Below are positions 19,636-28,598 of a DNA stretch of 64,000 nucleotides, piece after piece. The notes under the pieces were generated by a model. The model was not told where the DNA came from, searched no databases, and saw nothing but the letters and a program-made list of their open reading frames with translations. Positions within the stretch are counted from its first letter, which is position 1. The number at the start of each line of letters is the position of its first letter. The stretch spans positions 7,581 to 71,580 of the forward strand of contig CALXAD010000001.1 in the NCBI GenBank assembly GCA_944386195.1, in the 5' to 3' direction. Both the position numbers and the translations under genes were made by a program. The stretch is from an uncultured Clostridia bacterium. Lineage in GTDB: Bacteria > Bacillota > Clostridia > TANB77 > CAG-508.

Positions 19636-19801
19636 ATTTCTACTCCTTTTTTAACCAGACTTTATTATATAAATAATTTTTAATTTTTGCAATGTTTTTT
19701 TCTAAAAATTTCCTGTTTATTTTCTTTGTTTTTTGAGAATCATAGTAGTAGAAAAAGCAAAAGTTTTTTCTAGTTGTAATATTACAGGAGGTGAAAAAAC
19801 A

Positions 19802-19999
19802 ATGGCAAACTCTTCAAACAAAAAATTAGTACCAGAAGCTATGACAGCTTTAGATAAATTCAAATATGAAGTAGCTAGTGAAGTTGGTGTTAACTTAAAA
19901 GACGGATATAATGGAGACATTTCAGCTAGAGACGCTGGTAAAATAGGTGGACAAATGGTTAAAAAAATGATAGAACAAGCTGAAAGAAATATGAAATAG
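19802..19999 (+). CDS. Alpha/beta-type small acid-soluble spore protein
   Basis: 65 aa from the ATG preceded by GGAGGTG. The sequence MANSSNKKLVPEAMTALDKFKYEVASEVGV...GGQMVKKMIEQAE matches the SASP alpha/beta signature regions. Confidence 0.9.
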   Translation: MANSSNKKLVPEAMTALDKFKYEVASEVGVNLKDGYNGDISARDAGKIGGQMVKKMIEQAERNMK

Positions 20000-20147
20000 T
20001 TTTATTTTTAACCTATATTTAATAATGGTAGGAAGTTAATTTTTGCTTTTATACATATAAAGGCAGGACTTGATTTCCTGCCTTTTCTTTTAAATTGATT
20101 ACACCAAAATAAAAGAACAGAAATGAATTTCTGCTCTTTTGCTTTAT

Positions 20148-20678
20148 TTAAGCTTCTGGTTCTACTAAACCATAATTTTTACCATCTTTTAATTTATGTA
20201 CTACATTTACCTTACCAGTTTCAACATTTATAAATGCTAAAAAATTATGTGTTGGAATCTCTTGTAATTTTAAAACAGCATCCTCTGGGTGCATTGGTTT
20301 AATTTCATAATAAGATGTTTTTATTATCTCGTTTTCAACTTCATTATGTTTTACATCATTAGTTTCCATATTTTTTATAGAAGCTTCTCTCATCATCTTT
20401 TCTTTTTTAGTTTTTGTTTTTCTTATTTGTCCTTCTAATATATCAATATCTTTATCTATAGAAGCATACATATCCTTATCCTCTGTTACTGCTCTATATT
20501 TTTCTCCATTTGCTGTTACAACACTTATTTCAGCTATTTGTTCATTTTTTTCAGTTCTTAAAGTAACTTCAGCTTCTGCATTTTCAAAATATTTATCTAT
20601 TCTGTCCATCTTTTTTTCTACGTAATCGTTTATTGCTTCTGTTATCTTTAGTTCCTTTCCTGTTATTTTTATTTTCAT
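20148..20678 (-). CDS. hpf: Ribosome hibernation-promoting factor (long form)
   Basis: 176 aa. MKIKITGKELKITEAINDYVEKK plus a C-terminal dimerisation-domain-like region. Confidence 0.9.
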   Translation of the reverse strand: MKIKITGKELKITEAINDYVEKKMDRIDKYFENAEAEVTLRTEKNEQIAEISVVTANGEKYRAVTEDKDMYASIDKDIDILEGQIRKTKTKKEKMMREASIKNMETNDVKHNEVENEIIKTSYYEIKPMHPEDAVLKLQEIPTHNFLAFINVETGKVNVVHKLKDGKNYGLVEPEA

Positions 20679-20756
20679 AAAAATCGCTCCCTTCTCTTTT
20701 TGGTTGTCTAATTATATTTATTATTATATCTGTTATTTTATTTTTTTGCAAGTATT

Positions 20757-21485
20757 TTAAAATAATTCTTCTATCTTATATTCTTTCTCTAGTTTTTGAT
20801 TAAAATATATTTTTGTGATTAACTTAAATTCTTCTAGTGCTTCATCTTTTATATTAAATGAATATAATTTTTTTGCAGGACAAGTTATTGTATAATAAAT
20901 TGCACTTTTAGTACTTTTACTCATATTAAGTGCTGATTTATCTTGTTTTCCACAAGCTTTACATTTAAAGCCATCATCTTTTATGCTAAAATACTCTAAA
21001 TCATTTTCTTCACCACAGCTAGTACATTTTTTGATATTTGGAGTAAATCCTAATATACATAGAAGTCGCAATTTAAATACACTTAATACAAAATCTAAAT
21101 CTTTATCAGTTTCTGATATTGTATAAAGCGTATTTAATGTCAATTGTAAAATATTATAACAATTCTGATTCTCATGTGTTACATCTTGAACTATTTTATT
21201 CACATGAACCGCATATTTTAACTTATCTAAATCTGTTCTCAAATTATAAAATATCTCAATAGGTTCCACAGAATTTATATGATATGTATTAGTTCCTTTA
21301 TACATTAAATATTCTCCAAAGCAAAACATTTGTGTTCCTGCTAAAAGAGCACTTTTAGGTCTTCTTGCTCCTTTAGCAACACATGAAATCTTTCCAATTC
21401 CCGGAGTTAACATTGTAAGCATTTTATCAAAATCTCCTAAATTGCTTTCAGACAATATTATTCCATTTACCTTTATGCTCGCCAT
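20757..21485 (-). CDS. recO: DNA repair protein RecO
   Basis: 242 aa with an N-terminal OB region (GIILSESNLGDFDKMLTMLT) and a Cys4 zinc motif (CTSCG...CKACG). Confidence 0.9.
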   Translation of the reverse strand: MASIKVNGIILSESNLGDFDKMLTMLTPGIGKISCVAKGARRPKSALLAGTQMFCFGEYLMYKGTNTYHINSVEPIEIFYNLRTDLDKLKYAVHVNKIVQDVTHENQNCYNILQLTLNTLYTISETDKDLDFVLSVFKLRLLCILGFTPNIKKCTSCGEENDLEYFSIKDDGFKCKACGKQDKSALNMSKSTKSAIYYTITCPAKKLYSFNIKDEALEEFKLITKIYFNQKLEKEYKIEELF

Positions 21486-21606
21486 TTTCTTTTATATCCT
21501 TTTCTTCTACTATTCTTTTTTCTATATTTTCAATTTCTTTTAATTCTAAATACGCATTTATATCCCCAGTATTTTTAAATGTATCCCAAGCTATTTTCTT
21601 TATCAT
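21448..21606 (-). CDS. yqzL: YqzL-like small protein (52 aa)
   Basis: Hand-translated MIKKIAWDTFKNTGDINAYLELKEIENIEKR... with RBS AAGGAAGTG. It is below the track cutoff. It lies between era and recO, as yqzL does in Bacillus subtilis, and overlaps the recO start by 38 nt. Confidence 0.5.
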   Translation of the reverse strand: MIKKIAWDTFKNTGDINAYLELKEIENIEKRIVEEKDIKENGEHKGKWNNIV

Positions 21607-21686
21607 AAGCCCACTTCCTTTTTTAAAGTTTTAACTTTAATCTTATCTTTTGCTTTTTTATATAATTTTATACAAAAAATGCTTTT

Positions 21687-22589
21687 TTATTTTAATTTAA
21701 AATTATTAACAATTGATGGATTATCTTGCCAATCTTCTTTTACTTTTACCCAAGTTTTCAAATTTACTTTTACACCAAAATTTTCTTCCATATCAATTCT
21801 AGCTGCTCTTCCTATTCTTTTTAACATTTCTCCATTTTTCCCAATAATTATTCCTTTGTGAGATTCTCTTAAACAATATATATTTGCTTCTATATCATAA
21901 ATATCTTCGCCATTTTTATTTTTTCTTTCTTTCATTTTTTGAACTTCTACATAAATACCATGTGGTACTTCATCTTGTAATAATTTCAAAGCTTTTTCTC
22001 TAATTGTTTCTTCAGCAAGTTGTCTTAATGTTTGGTCAGTGTATTCCTCTTTATCATAATATGCAGGACCTGGTTTTAAGTTCTTTTCTATTTCATCTAA
22101 AATAACATCTCTATATTTTGATTCTGTTGCTGAGATTGGTATAACCGCTTCAAAATTATATTCTTTACTATATAAATCAATTAGTTTTAATAAACTTTCT
22201 TTCTTTACCAAATCTATTTTATTTATAATTAATATAGTCTTTGCTTTTGCTTCTTTTATTTTTTCTAATATTCTACTATCTCCTCTTCCTATTTCAGTAC
22301 TTGTTGCTTCTATTAAAAATAAAACCAAATCTGCATCTTTTAAACTTGTAAAAGATGTATCTAACATCGTTTCATTTAATTTTGTTCTAGGTTTATGAAT
22401 TCCTGGTGTATCTGTAAAAATTATTTGAGAATTTTTACGATTTACAATTCCTCTTATTGCTGTTCTGGTTGTTTGAACTTTATTGGCAATTGCGGCAACT
22501 TTTTCACCAACCAACAAATTAATTAGTGTTGACTTTCCTACATTTGTTCTTCCAATTAATGTAACAAAACCTGATTTAAACTCTTCCAT
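21687..22589 (-). CDS. era: GTPase Era
   Basis: G1 GRTNVGKST, G3 DTPG, G4 NKID and a C-terminal KH domain. The start was moved to the ATG at 22589, which is preceded by GGAGG and gives 300 aa. The track ORF extends to 22640. Confidence 0.9.
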   Translation of the reverse strand: MEEFKSGFVTLIGRTNVGKSTLINLLVGEKVAAIANKVQTTRTAIRGIVNRKNSQIIFTDTPGIHKPRTKLNETMLDTSFTSLKDADLVLFLIEATSTEIGRGDSRILEKIKEAKAKTILIINKIDLVKKESLLKLIDLYSKEYNFEAVIPISATESKYRDVILDEIEKNLKPGPAYYDKEEYTDQTLRQLAEETIREKALKLLQDEVPHGIYVEVQKMKERKNKNGEDIYDIEANIYCLRESHKGIIIGKNGEMLKRIGRAARIDMEENFGVKVNLKTWVKVKEDWQDNPSIVNNFKLK

Positions 22590-22805
22590 ATCTTCCTCCA
22601 TGTCCTTTTGGGGACGTTTCTTTTTGGACAAAATGTCCATTTAGGGACACATCCTAATATTTATTATACTCTTTTTTTATGCTAAATTTGTAGAATTTAG
22701 CATAAAACTTATTTTTTCTAAAACTTATTTTAATATATCATACTTTACATTTTTTCTCAAGCCAAAAGAAAGAAAAAACAAGCTTTTACTTGTTTTCCTT
22801 AATTT

Positions 22806-23216
22806 TTAAAATATTTTATTTTTACACTGTTCTACTTTATACAATATATGTCCAATATTTCCTTCTCCTGCAAATTTTTCTATGTTAAAGAAATTTGCAT
22901 TTTTATCAAACCAATATAGTTTATTTATTTCTTCTACCAATTCTATATCTTTATTTAATTTTCCTACAAACACTTCTAACTCGAAATCATCTATTTTATA
23001 TTCCAAATTCATAAAATATATGAGTTTAATATCATCCTTCGTTATTCCAGTTTCTTCTTTTAATTCTCTATATGCTGCACATACTTCATCTTCTCCCAAT
23101 TCTACTTTTCCACCAATTAAATTATATTTTCCCTTATATGGTTCTTTTTCTCTTTTACACATAAGAATTTTATTTTCTTCTTTATTAAATACCATTATTA
23201 TATTCATTTTTTTCAT
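22806..23216 (-). CDS. NUDIX hydrolase
   Basis: NUDIX box GGKVELGEDEVCAAYRELKEETGI. Confidence 0.8.
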   Translation of the reverse strand: MKKMNIIMVFNKEENKILMCKREKEPYKGKYNLIGGKVELGEDEVCAAYRELKEETGITKDDIKLIYFMNLEYKIDDFELEVFVGKLNKDIELVEEINKLYWFDKNANFFNIEKFAGEGNIGHILYKVEQCKNKIF

Positions 23217-23226
23217 ATCATTTTAC

Positions 23227-23637
23227 CTATTTTACTAAATCTAAGTTTCCATTTATTATTATTGGTGAAAATCCTGATATTTCGTCGTATAATATTCCTT
23301 CTGGAATTTCATTATATAGATATATTTTCTTATTTTCCATGAAAGCTTCATATAATTCTAGGAATGTTGAACCTCCTATATAATTTTTCTTTCCATTTTT
23401 ATCAAAATTTAATGCTAATACTGCGTCTACTTCTTTTATTCTTTCTCTACTCATTCTAAACATTTTTTGTTTGAAGTTTGTGTGTTCTTGTTCTCCTAGT
23501 TCCCAACTCTTTTTCTCTGCATCTTTTTCATAGTATGAATTTGGTAATTCTACTTTATGCCCCATATTTTCTAATTTTTCCTTTATTGGTTCTATATCCT
23601 TATAAAATGCTTTACTACATATTATAAATACTCTCAT
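23227..23637 (-). CDS. Small Rossmann-like protein, possibly of the nucleoside 2-deoxyribosyltransferase / DNPH1-like family
   Basis: MRVFIICSKAFY... is a beta-alpha start with a C-terminal ...GGSTFLELYEAF. The ATGA overlap with the HD gene favours the internal start at 23637. Family assignment is from memory of NDT-like sequences and is weak. Confidence 0.35.
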   Translation of the reverse strand: MRVFIICSKAFYKDIEPIKEKLENMGHKVELPNSYYEKDAEKKSWELGEQEHTNFKQKMFRMSRERIKEVDAVLALNFDKNGKKNYIGGSTFLELYEAFMENKKIYLYNEIPEGILYDEISGFSPIIINGNLDLVK

Positions 23638-24212
23638 TTTGACCTCCTCTTTTTCCATATTTTTAGATAATCTTTTACATAAGCATTCATATCTCTATCA
23701 AATAATTCTTTTGAATAATTTAATCTTAATATTTTATTTCTTAATATTGGTAAATAAACTTCTATAATTTCATCAAGTGCATCTGGATTTTCTCCAATAC
23801 ATCTTTTCCATCTATTTTTTCCAATATATGCAAGTTTATCTGCATCTCTTACAATTACCCCTTCTATTGTTGGTGGTATATATTTTCTTTTATGGTTTGT
23901 AACTGCTGAATAACATTCATCTATAAATTCACTACTATATCCTAATTTTGTCATTTCTTCTTTTAACATTTTTCCACTTTTTTCTTCATGTCCTTCATCA
24001 CACACGCTTCTTCCTACGTCATGCCAATATGCTGATATTATGCATATTTCTTTATTTACTGAAAATTTTTCTAATAATTCTTTTACATAATTTATAACAT
24101 CTATTGTATGTCCTATAAAATGTAATGGGTCATTCTCACATCCTTTTATTTTTTCTATTGCCTTATCTATTAATTTTTTATTTTTATTATATATTTCTTC
24201 ATAAATATCCAT
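23634..24212 (-). CDS. HD-domain phosphohydrolase
   Basis: H...HD...D pattern: HFIGH, AYWHDVGR, RDADKLAYIG. Confidence 0.8.
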   Translation of the reverse strand: MDIYEEIYNKNKKLIDKAIEKIKGCENDPLHFIGHTIDVINYVKELLEKFSVNKEICIISAYWHDVGRSVCDEGHEEKSGKMLKEEMTKLGYSSEFIDECYSAVTNHKRKYIPPTIEGVIVRDADKLAYIGKNRWKRCIGENPDALDEIIEVYLPILRNKILRLNYSKELFDRDMNAYVKDYLKIWKKRRSK

Positions 24213-24327
24213 TTTTTTCTTTTGCTCCTTAAGTTTTAATCTTATTTTAAGCTAATTTCATACAACTTTTTACATAGTACCATTACTGTTAAAGTATTGT
24301 CAAAATTTATACACAATAGCTATAATT

Positions 24328-25196
24328 TTAATATATTTTATTATAATTACTATTGCTTTTTATAACATCGACTATTTCCATTAGCTCTTTCACTGTATCT
24401 TCATAACTAATATCTTTTGCATAACTAAACTTGCCTTGATAGTTTTTCCAATGTTCTTTTAAAGCTTCACTTTCTTTTATAACTTCCACTATTTCATCTA
24501 TATTATTTAATTTATCAACAGAGCCTCTATACTCAAATTTCTTTATAATAGCTTGTTTTAACGATTTCTTATCAAAATTCTTCTGTTGTGTTGTCCATAA
24601 AATATAAATATCATAAAAATCTCTTGCTCTTGTAGTATCAACATTTCTAGATATAATTGTTTCAAATTTATCTGCAATTACAGTTTCCATATTATAAGCA
24701 AGTATCTCTATAGAACGCTCTTCAAACAACAAATCAAATTTGTATTTTATTTCTTTTGGAGTAATAACATCTCCTGTTGTTATATCTAGTTTCATAGGTA
24801 CAACTAACTTATCAAACTTGGCATCTAATGATACTCTGTATCCACCATATTCATCTTCTTGTCTTATTTCTTTTATTCCTCTAAATTCAAAAGTTACACC
24901 ATCATCTAAATCAATATTAAAAATTTCATTTAATATATTTTCTAAGTTGTCTTTTCTAAGTCAAAACCTTTTATTGTTGCATCCATATCTAGTGTATTTC
25001 TCATATCTATTCCAACTATAGTTGTTATTAGCATTCCACCTTTTAATATAAATTTATATTTATATTCTGATACAGCAATTCTTTCCAATAGCCTCTCTAG
25101 CATATAATTTTGTAGAATTATATTTTCATTCACATCAACTTTTGCTGACATATTTTTTATCCATGCTTTTAGTTGTGCTCTATTTTTAGCTATCAT
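24328..25196 (-). pseudogene. AbiEii/AbiGii-family nucleotidyltransferase toxin (type IV TA / abortive infection), frameshifted
   Basis: The 84-aa ORF (LKGGMLITTIVGIDMRNTLDMDATIKG) and the 155-aa ORF (MKLDITTGDVITP...) are the two halves of AbiEii. The connecting segment (ENILNEIFNIDLDDGVTFEFRGIKEIRQEDEYGGYRVSLDAKFDKLVVP) is open in the second frame. The frames swap within GAAAAG at about 24951-24956. Confidence 0.8.
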
Positions 25197-25786
25197 AGCA
25201 AAACCTCCAGATATTTTCTCAGTTCATCTTCAATATTAAATATTTTTGCATATTTATGCAATTTAATAGAATCTCTATCTTTTCTATCAGCATATCTTTT
25301 CATTGCGTCTGTAAATAAAGCTATTTCAATTTTCTTTTTATTTCTTATAATATCACATATTGTTCTTTCTAAATCATAGACTTTTACTTTATTTCCATAA
25401 GGCGTTTTTATTTCTGTAATACCTATTTCATATAGTTCTTCTTTCAAATAAAAAAATTGATAGTTTTTATTTTTTATTAATATGTTATTATAATTAGTTG
25501 GTACTGTTAATTGATATTTTATAGGTGTTCTATCGCATAAATCATGAAAATATAAAGCTGTTTCATGAGAGAATATACCTTTTTTACATATAGCTTGTGT
25601 TATAAAATATGTATCTTCTAGTGTATCTACACTTATATAAACACCTCTTGCAACTCTTTCAATTATCCCTCTTTCAATCATCCTTGTTAGAATTCTACTG
25701 TTAATTCCTAATTCTTCAACTTCTCTTGTTGTTATAATTCCATTTTTCTTATTTAATAATTTTTCAATTTTTTTAATATTATCCAT
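25193..25786 (-). CDS. AbiEi-family antitoxin / transcriptional regulator
   Basis: MDNIKKIEKLLNKKNGIITTREVEELGINSRILTRMIERGIIERVARGVYI (wHTH). RBS is AAAGGAGAA, and there is an ATGA overlap with the toxin. The track ORF's upstream extension merely reads through the operator palindrome. Confidence 0.8.
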   Translation of the reverse strand: MDNIKKIEKLLNKKNGIITTREVEELGINSRILTRMIERGIIERVARGVYISVDTLEDTYFITQAICKKGIFSHETALYFHDLCDRTPIKYQLTVPTNYNNILIKNKNYQFFYLKEELYEIGITEIKTPYGNKVKVYDLERTICDIIRNKKKIEIALFTDAMKRYADRKDRDSIKLHKYAKIFNIEDELRKYLEVLL

Positions 25787-25802
25787 CTCTATTTTTTCTC
25801 CT

Positions 25803-25852
25803 TTGTCGGAAATCTTCGTAAATATTATATCATTTACGAAGATTTCCGACAA
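25803..25852 (-). promoter_or_regulatory. Perfect 21-bp inverted repeat with an embedded promoter (putative AbiEi operator)
   Basis: TTGTCGGAAATCTTCGTAAAT-N8-ATTTACGAAGATTTCCGACAA. On the minus strand, -35 TTGTCG (25847-25852) lies in the upstream arm and TGaTATAAT (-10 at 25824-29) in the loop, with a 17-nt spacer. Confidence 0.7.
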
Positions 25853-26089
25853 GTGTTTGTCATGAATTTTCCCCAAAAAACAAAGCACTTATCAAAGTAC
25901 TTTACTTAGAGTGCTTCTTCTTTCTTATAATTTTATTTTTAACTTCTAAATTTAAGTATTTTTTATATATTCACTATATATGCTTAACATGCCTCGTATA
26001 GATACGGTAGATATGAGTGTTTTTCTTTCCTTACTGACTCTGCTTTTACATATTTTTTTGATTTTTTCAAATCTCAATAATTTTGAGTT

Positions 26090-27448
26090 TTACTTCAAAC
26101 ATAGCACTGAAACACACTCAATATGTTTGCTAAATGGAAACATATCAACTGGTTTTATTGTTTTTATTTCATATTTTTCTTCCAAACTCTTCAAATCTCT
26201 TACAAGTGTTGCTGGATTACAACTAACATAAACCACTTTTTTAGGACTAATTTTTAATATATTATTTATACTTTTATTATCTAGTCCCTTTCTTGGAGGG
26301 TCTACCATAATAATATCTGGAATTATTTTCTTCTTATTTATTAAGTCATCTAAAACAATTTCTACATCTCCTGCAATAAACTCAGAATTTTTTATATTAT
26401 TTAATTTACTATTTTCTTTTGCATCTTTTATAGCATCTTCTACAATCTCAATACCATAAACCTTTTTAGCATATTTTGCCATAAATAGTGATATTGTTCC
26501 AATTCCACAATATAAATCAAACACAACATCATCTTTGCTAATTTCCGCTCCTTTAACTGCTATATTATAAAGTTTTTCTGCTTGAATAGGATTCACTTGG
26601 TAAAAAGAAAGTGGTGATATCTTAAATACAAAATCTCCTAATTTATCCTTTATATATCCATCTCCATATAAATTTATATTTTCTTTTCCCATAATCACAT
26701 TTGTGTTTTTAGTATTTATATTTTTAACAATTGTTTTAACTTCTGGAAATGCTTTTAATATTTCACTTACTAATTCTTTTTCTTTAGGAATATTTCTACC
26801 ATTAATTACAATTATACACATAATTTCATTTGTCTTAATTCCAATTTTAGTAACAATATGTCTTACCAAACCTTTTGTAGTTTTTTCATTATAAACACTA
26901 ATGTTATTTTTCTTTATAAACTCTAGCACAAATTTAGCTAAATTTTCACTTTTTTTATTTTGTATCAAACATTCTTTGATTGGTATAATTTCATGTGTTC
27001 TATTTGCAAATACTCCTATAATCGGTTTTCCTTCTTTATCTAATCCTACAGGATACTGAGCTTTATTTCTATAATTATAAGGATTTTCCATTCCTAAAGT
27101 TTCTTCAACTTTTACCTCGTTTTCTAAAGTTTTATTTACCAAACTTTGAACTGCATTTTGCTTCATTCTTAGTGTCTCTTCATATTTAATATGTCTTAAA
27201 TCACAACCTCCACAACGTTTGTAAGTTTCACAATCACTTTCTTTTCTATATTCTGATGGTTTTATTATTTCTAAGACTTTACCAAATGCATGTGATTTTA
27301 GTACTTTAACTATTAAAATCCTTACTTTTTCACCTTTTATACTATTAGGAATAAATATTGTAAAATTCTCAATTTTAGCAATTCCTTCTCCTTCATAACC
27401 ATTATCTATAATTTCTACAATATATTCTTGATTTTTTTCTACTGGCAT
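26090..27448 (-). CDS. 23S rRNA (uracil-C5)-methyltransferase, RumA/RlmCD family
   Basis: N-terminal TRAM domain, Fe-S cysteines CETYKRCGGCDLRH, SAM motif DLYCGIGT and a C-terminal catalytic Cys region VYVSCNP. Confidence 0.85.
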   Translation of the reverse strand: MPVEKNQEYIVEIIDNGYEGEGIAKIENFTIFIPNSIKGEKVRILIVKVLKSHAFGKVLEIIKPSEYRKESDCETYKRCGGCDLRHIKYEETLRMKQNAVQSLVNKTLENEVKVEETLGMENPYNYRNKAQYPVGLDKEGKPIIGVFANRTHEIIPIKECLIQNKKSENLAKFVLEFIKKNNISVYNEKTTKGLVRHIVTKIGIKTNEIMCIIVINGRNIPKEKELVSEILKAFPEVKTIVKNINTKNTNVIMGKENINLYGDGYIKDKLGDFVFKISPLSFYQVNPIQAEKLYNIAVKGAEISKDDVVFDLYCGIGTISLFMAKYAKKVYGIEIVEDAIKDAKENSKLNNIKNSEFIAGDVEIVLDDLINKKKIIPDIIMVDPPRKGLDNKSINNILKISPKKVVYVSCNPATLVRDLKSLEEKYEIKTIKPVDMFPFSKHIECVSVLCLK

Positions 27449-27518
27449 ATTTTCTCCTCTTTATATTTATTTTCTAATAAATTTTAACATTTTATAGAAA
27501 AAAAGTAAAGCAACATGT

Positions 27519-28268
27519 TTATTTTCCTGCTTTACTATCAGTTTTTTCATTTTGAATCTCATTTAAAATATTTTCTGTAGTTTTAGATTTATCTAATTTC
27601 TTAGTTACTAAAACAATTATTCCTACTAATGCAAATGTTGCTAAATAACAAAGTAATCCAATATGCCAGTTTCCTTCTACTAATGTATCTCCTGCAATTG
27701 TAGATGATATTATTGAAGGAAATCTTGCAAAACTTGAAATTAAAATAAATCTTACCGGATTTACAGGAAGTAATCCTGCAATATATACTAATAAATCCTT
27801 AGGAGTACCTGGAATAAAGAATAATATTAACATTATATATTCTATCTTTTTAGGATTTTTAAATAATTTGCTATTTTCTAATTTATCTATTTTTTCTTTA
27901 CTTACTATTGTGTAAACAAAATCTCTTCCTAATTTTCTTACAACAAAAAATATTATACTTGTTATTAATAACACTGAAAAAGTAATAAATAAAAATCCTC
28001 CAATTGTTCCATAACACATTCCTGCTAAAATTTCTATTGGTTCTCCCGGAAGTATTGGTAATAATATTTGAGCCATCTCTAATCCTAACAAAATAAACAT
28101 CCCCGTTGTTCCATTTTGTTGTATTTGTTGTTTAAACATTTCTCTTCCTTCTGGTTTAAACAAATTACTCATTATTGGAAATAAATATATTGTTAAAGAT
28201 ATTAATAATAAAATTGTTATAATAAACACTATTATTTTTATTATTTTTGATTTTTGATTTTTATCCAC
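27519..28268 (-). CDS. TVP38/TMEM64 (DedA-related) family membrane protein
   Basis: 249 aa, polytopic, with LPGEPIE and FIPGTPKDL motifs. Confidence 0.75.
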   Translation of the reverse strand: MDKNQKSKIIKIIVFIITILLLISLTIYLFPIMSNLFKPEGREMFKQQIQQNGTTGMFILLGLEMAQILLPILPGEPIEILAGMCYGTIGGFLFITFSVLLITSIIFFVVRKLGRDFVYTIVSKEKIDKLENSKLFKNPKKIEYIMLILFFIPGTPKDLLVYIAGLLPVNPVRFILISSFARFPSIISSTIAGDTLVEGNWHIGLLCYLATFALVGIIVLVTKKLDKSKTTENILNEIQNEKTDSKAGK

Positions 28269-28348
28269 ATTTATATCTCCCTTACTTTTTTACATTTCCT
28301 ATCTAGTATACCATATTTGAACAAATGTGAAAATTAAAATTTTCACCC

Positions 28349-28375
28349 TTGCTACTAATTAGAAATTAGTAGCAA
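28349..28375. repeat. Perfect 12-bp-stem hairpin, possible IS200/IS605 end or omega-RNA remnant
   Basis: TTGCTACTAATT-AGA-AATTAGTAGCAA, about 40 nt downstream of the tnpB fragment stop. Confidence 0.5.
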
Positions 28376-28415
28376 TTTTTGTAAAGATGTTGTTTTTAAG
28401 TTTCCACCTAATTCC

Positions 28416-28598
28416 TTAGGCAACCCTTTTCTTTAATGGTCGTTGTTCTCGACCAATATCCATCGCTATTTCTAGGTTTGGACTAAAGACTTCTTTTATA
28501 TATTTTCTTAGAATATTTATACTTCCATTTACATCTGCATTTATTATTTTCCCACTATTTGTTTTAAATAATCCTCTCTTTATTTGTAAATTAGCTAT
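28416..28598 (-). pseudogene. tnpB: 3'-terminal fragment of an IS200/IS605-family tnpB (RuvC-III region)
   Basis: Hand translation is ANLQIKRGLFKTNSGKIINADVNGSINILRKYIKEVFSPNLEIAMDIGREQRPLKKRVA*. The INADVNGxxNILRK block is the conserved TnpB C-terminus. The frame is closed by a stop immediately upstream. Confidence 0.6.

Noticed and set aside
19700-19801. Forespore (sigma-G/F) promoter upstream of the SASP gene. A CATAGTA element is present.
   Set aside because: I could not find a convincing -35 element at the correct spacing by eye. Calling it would be guesswork.
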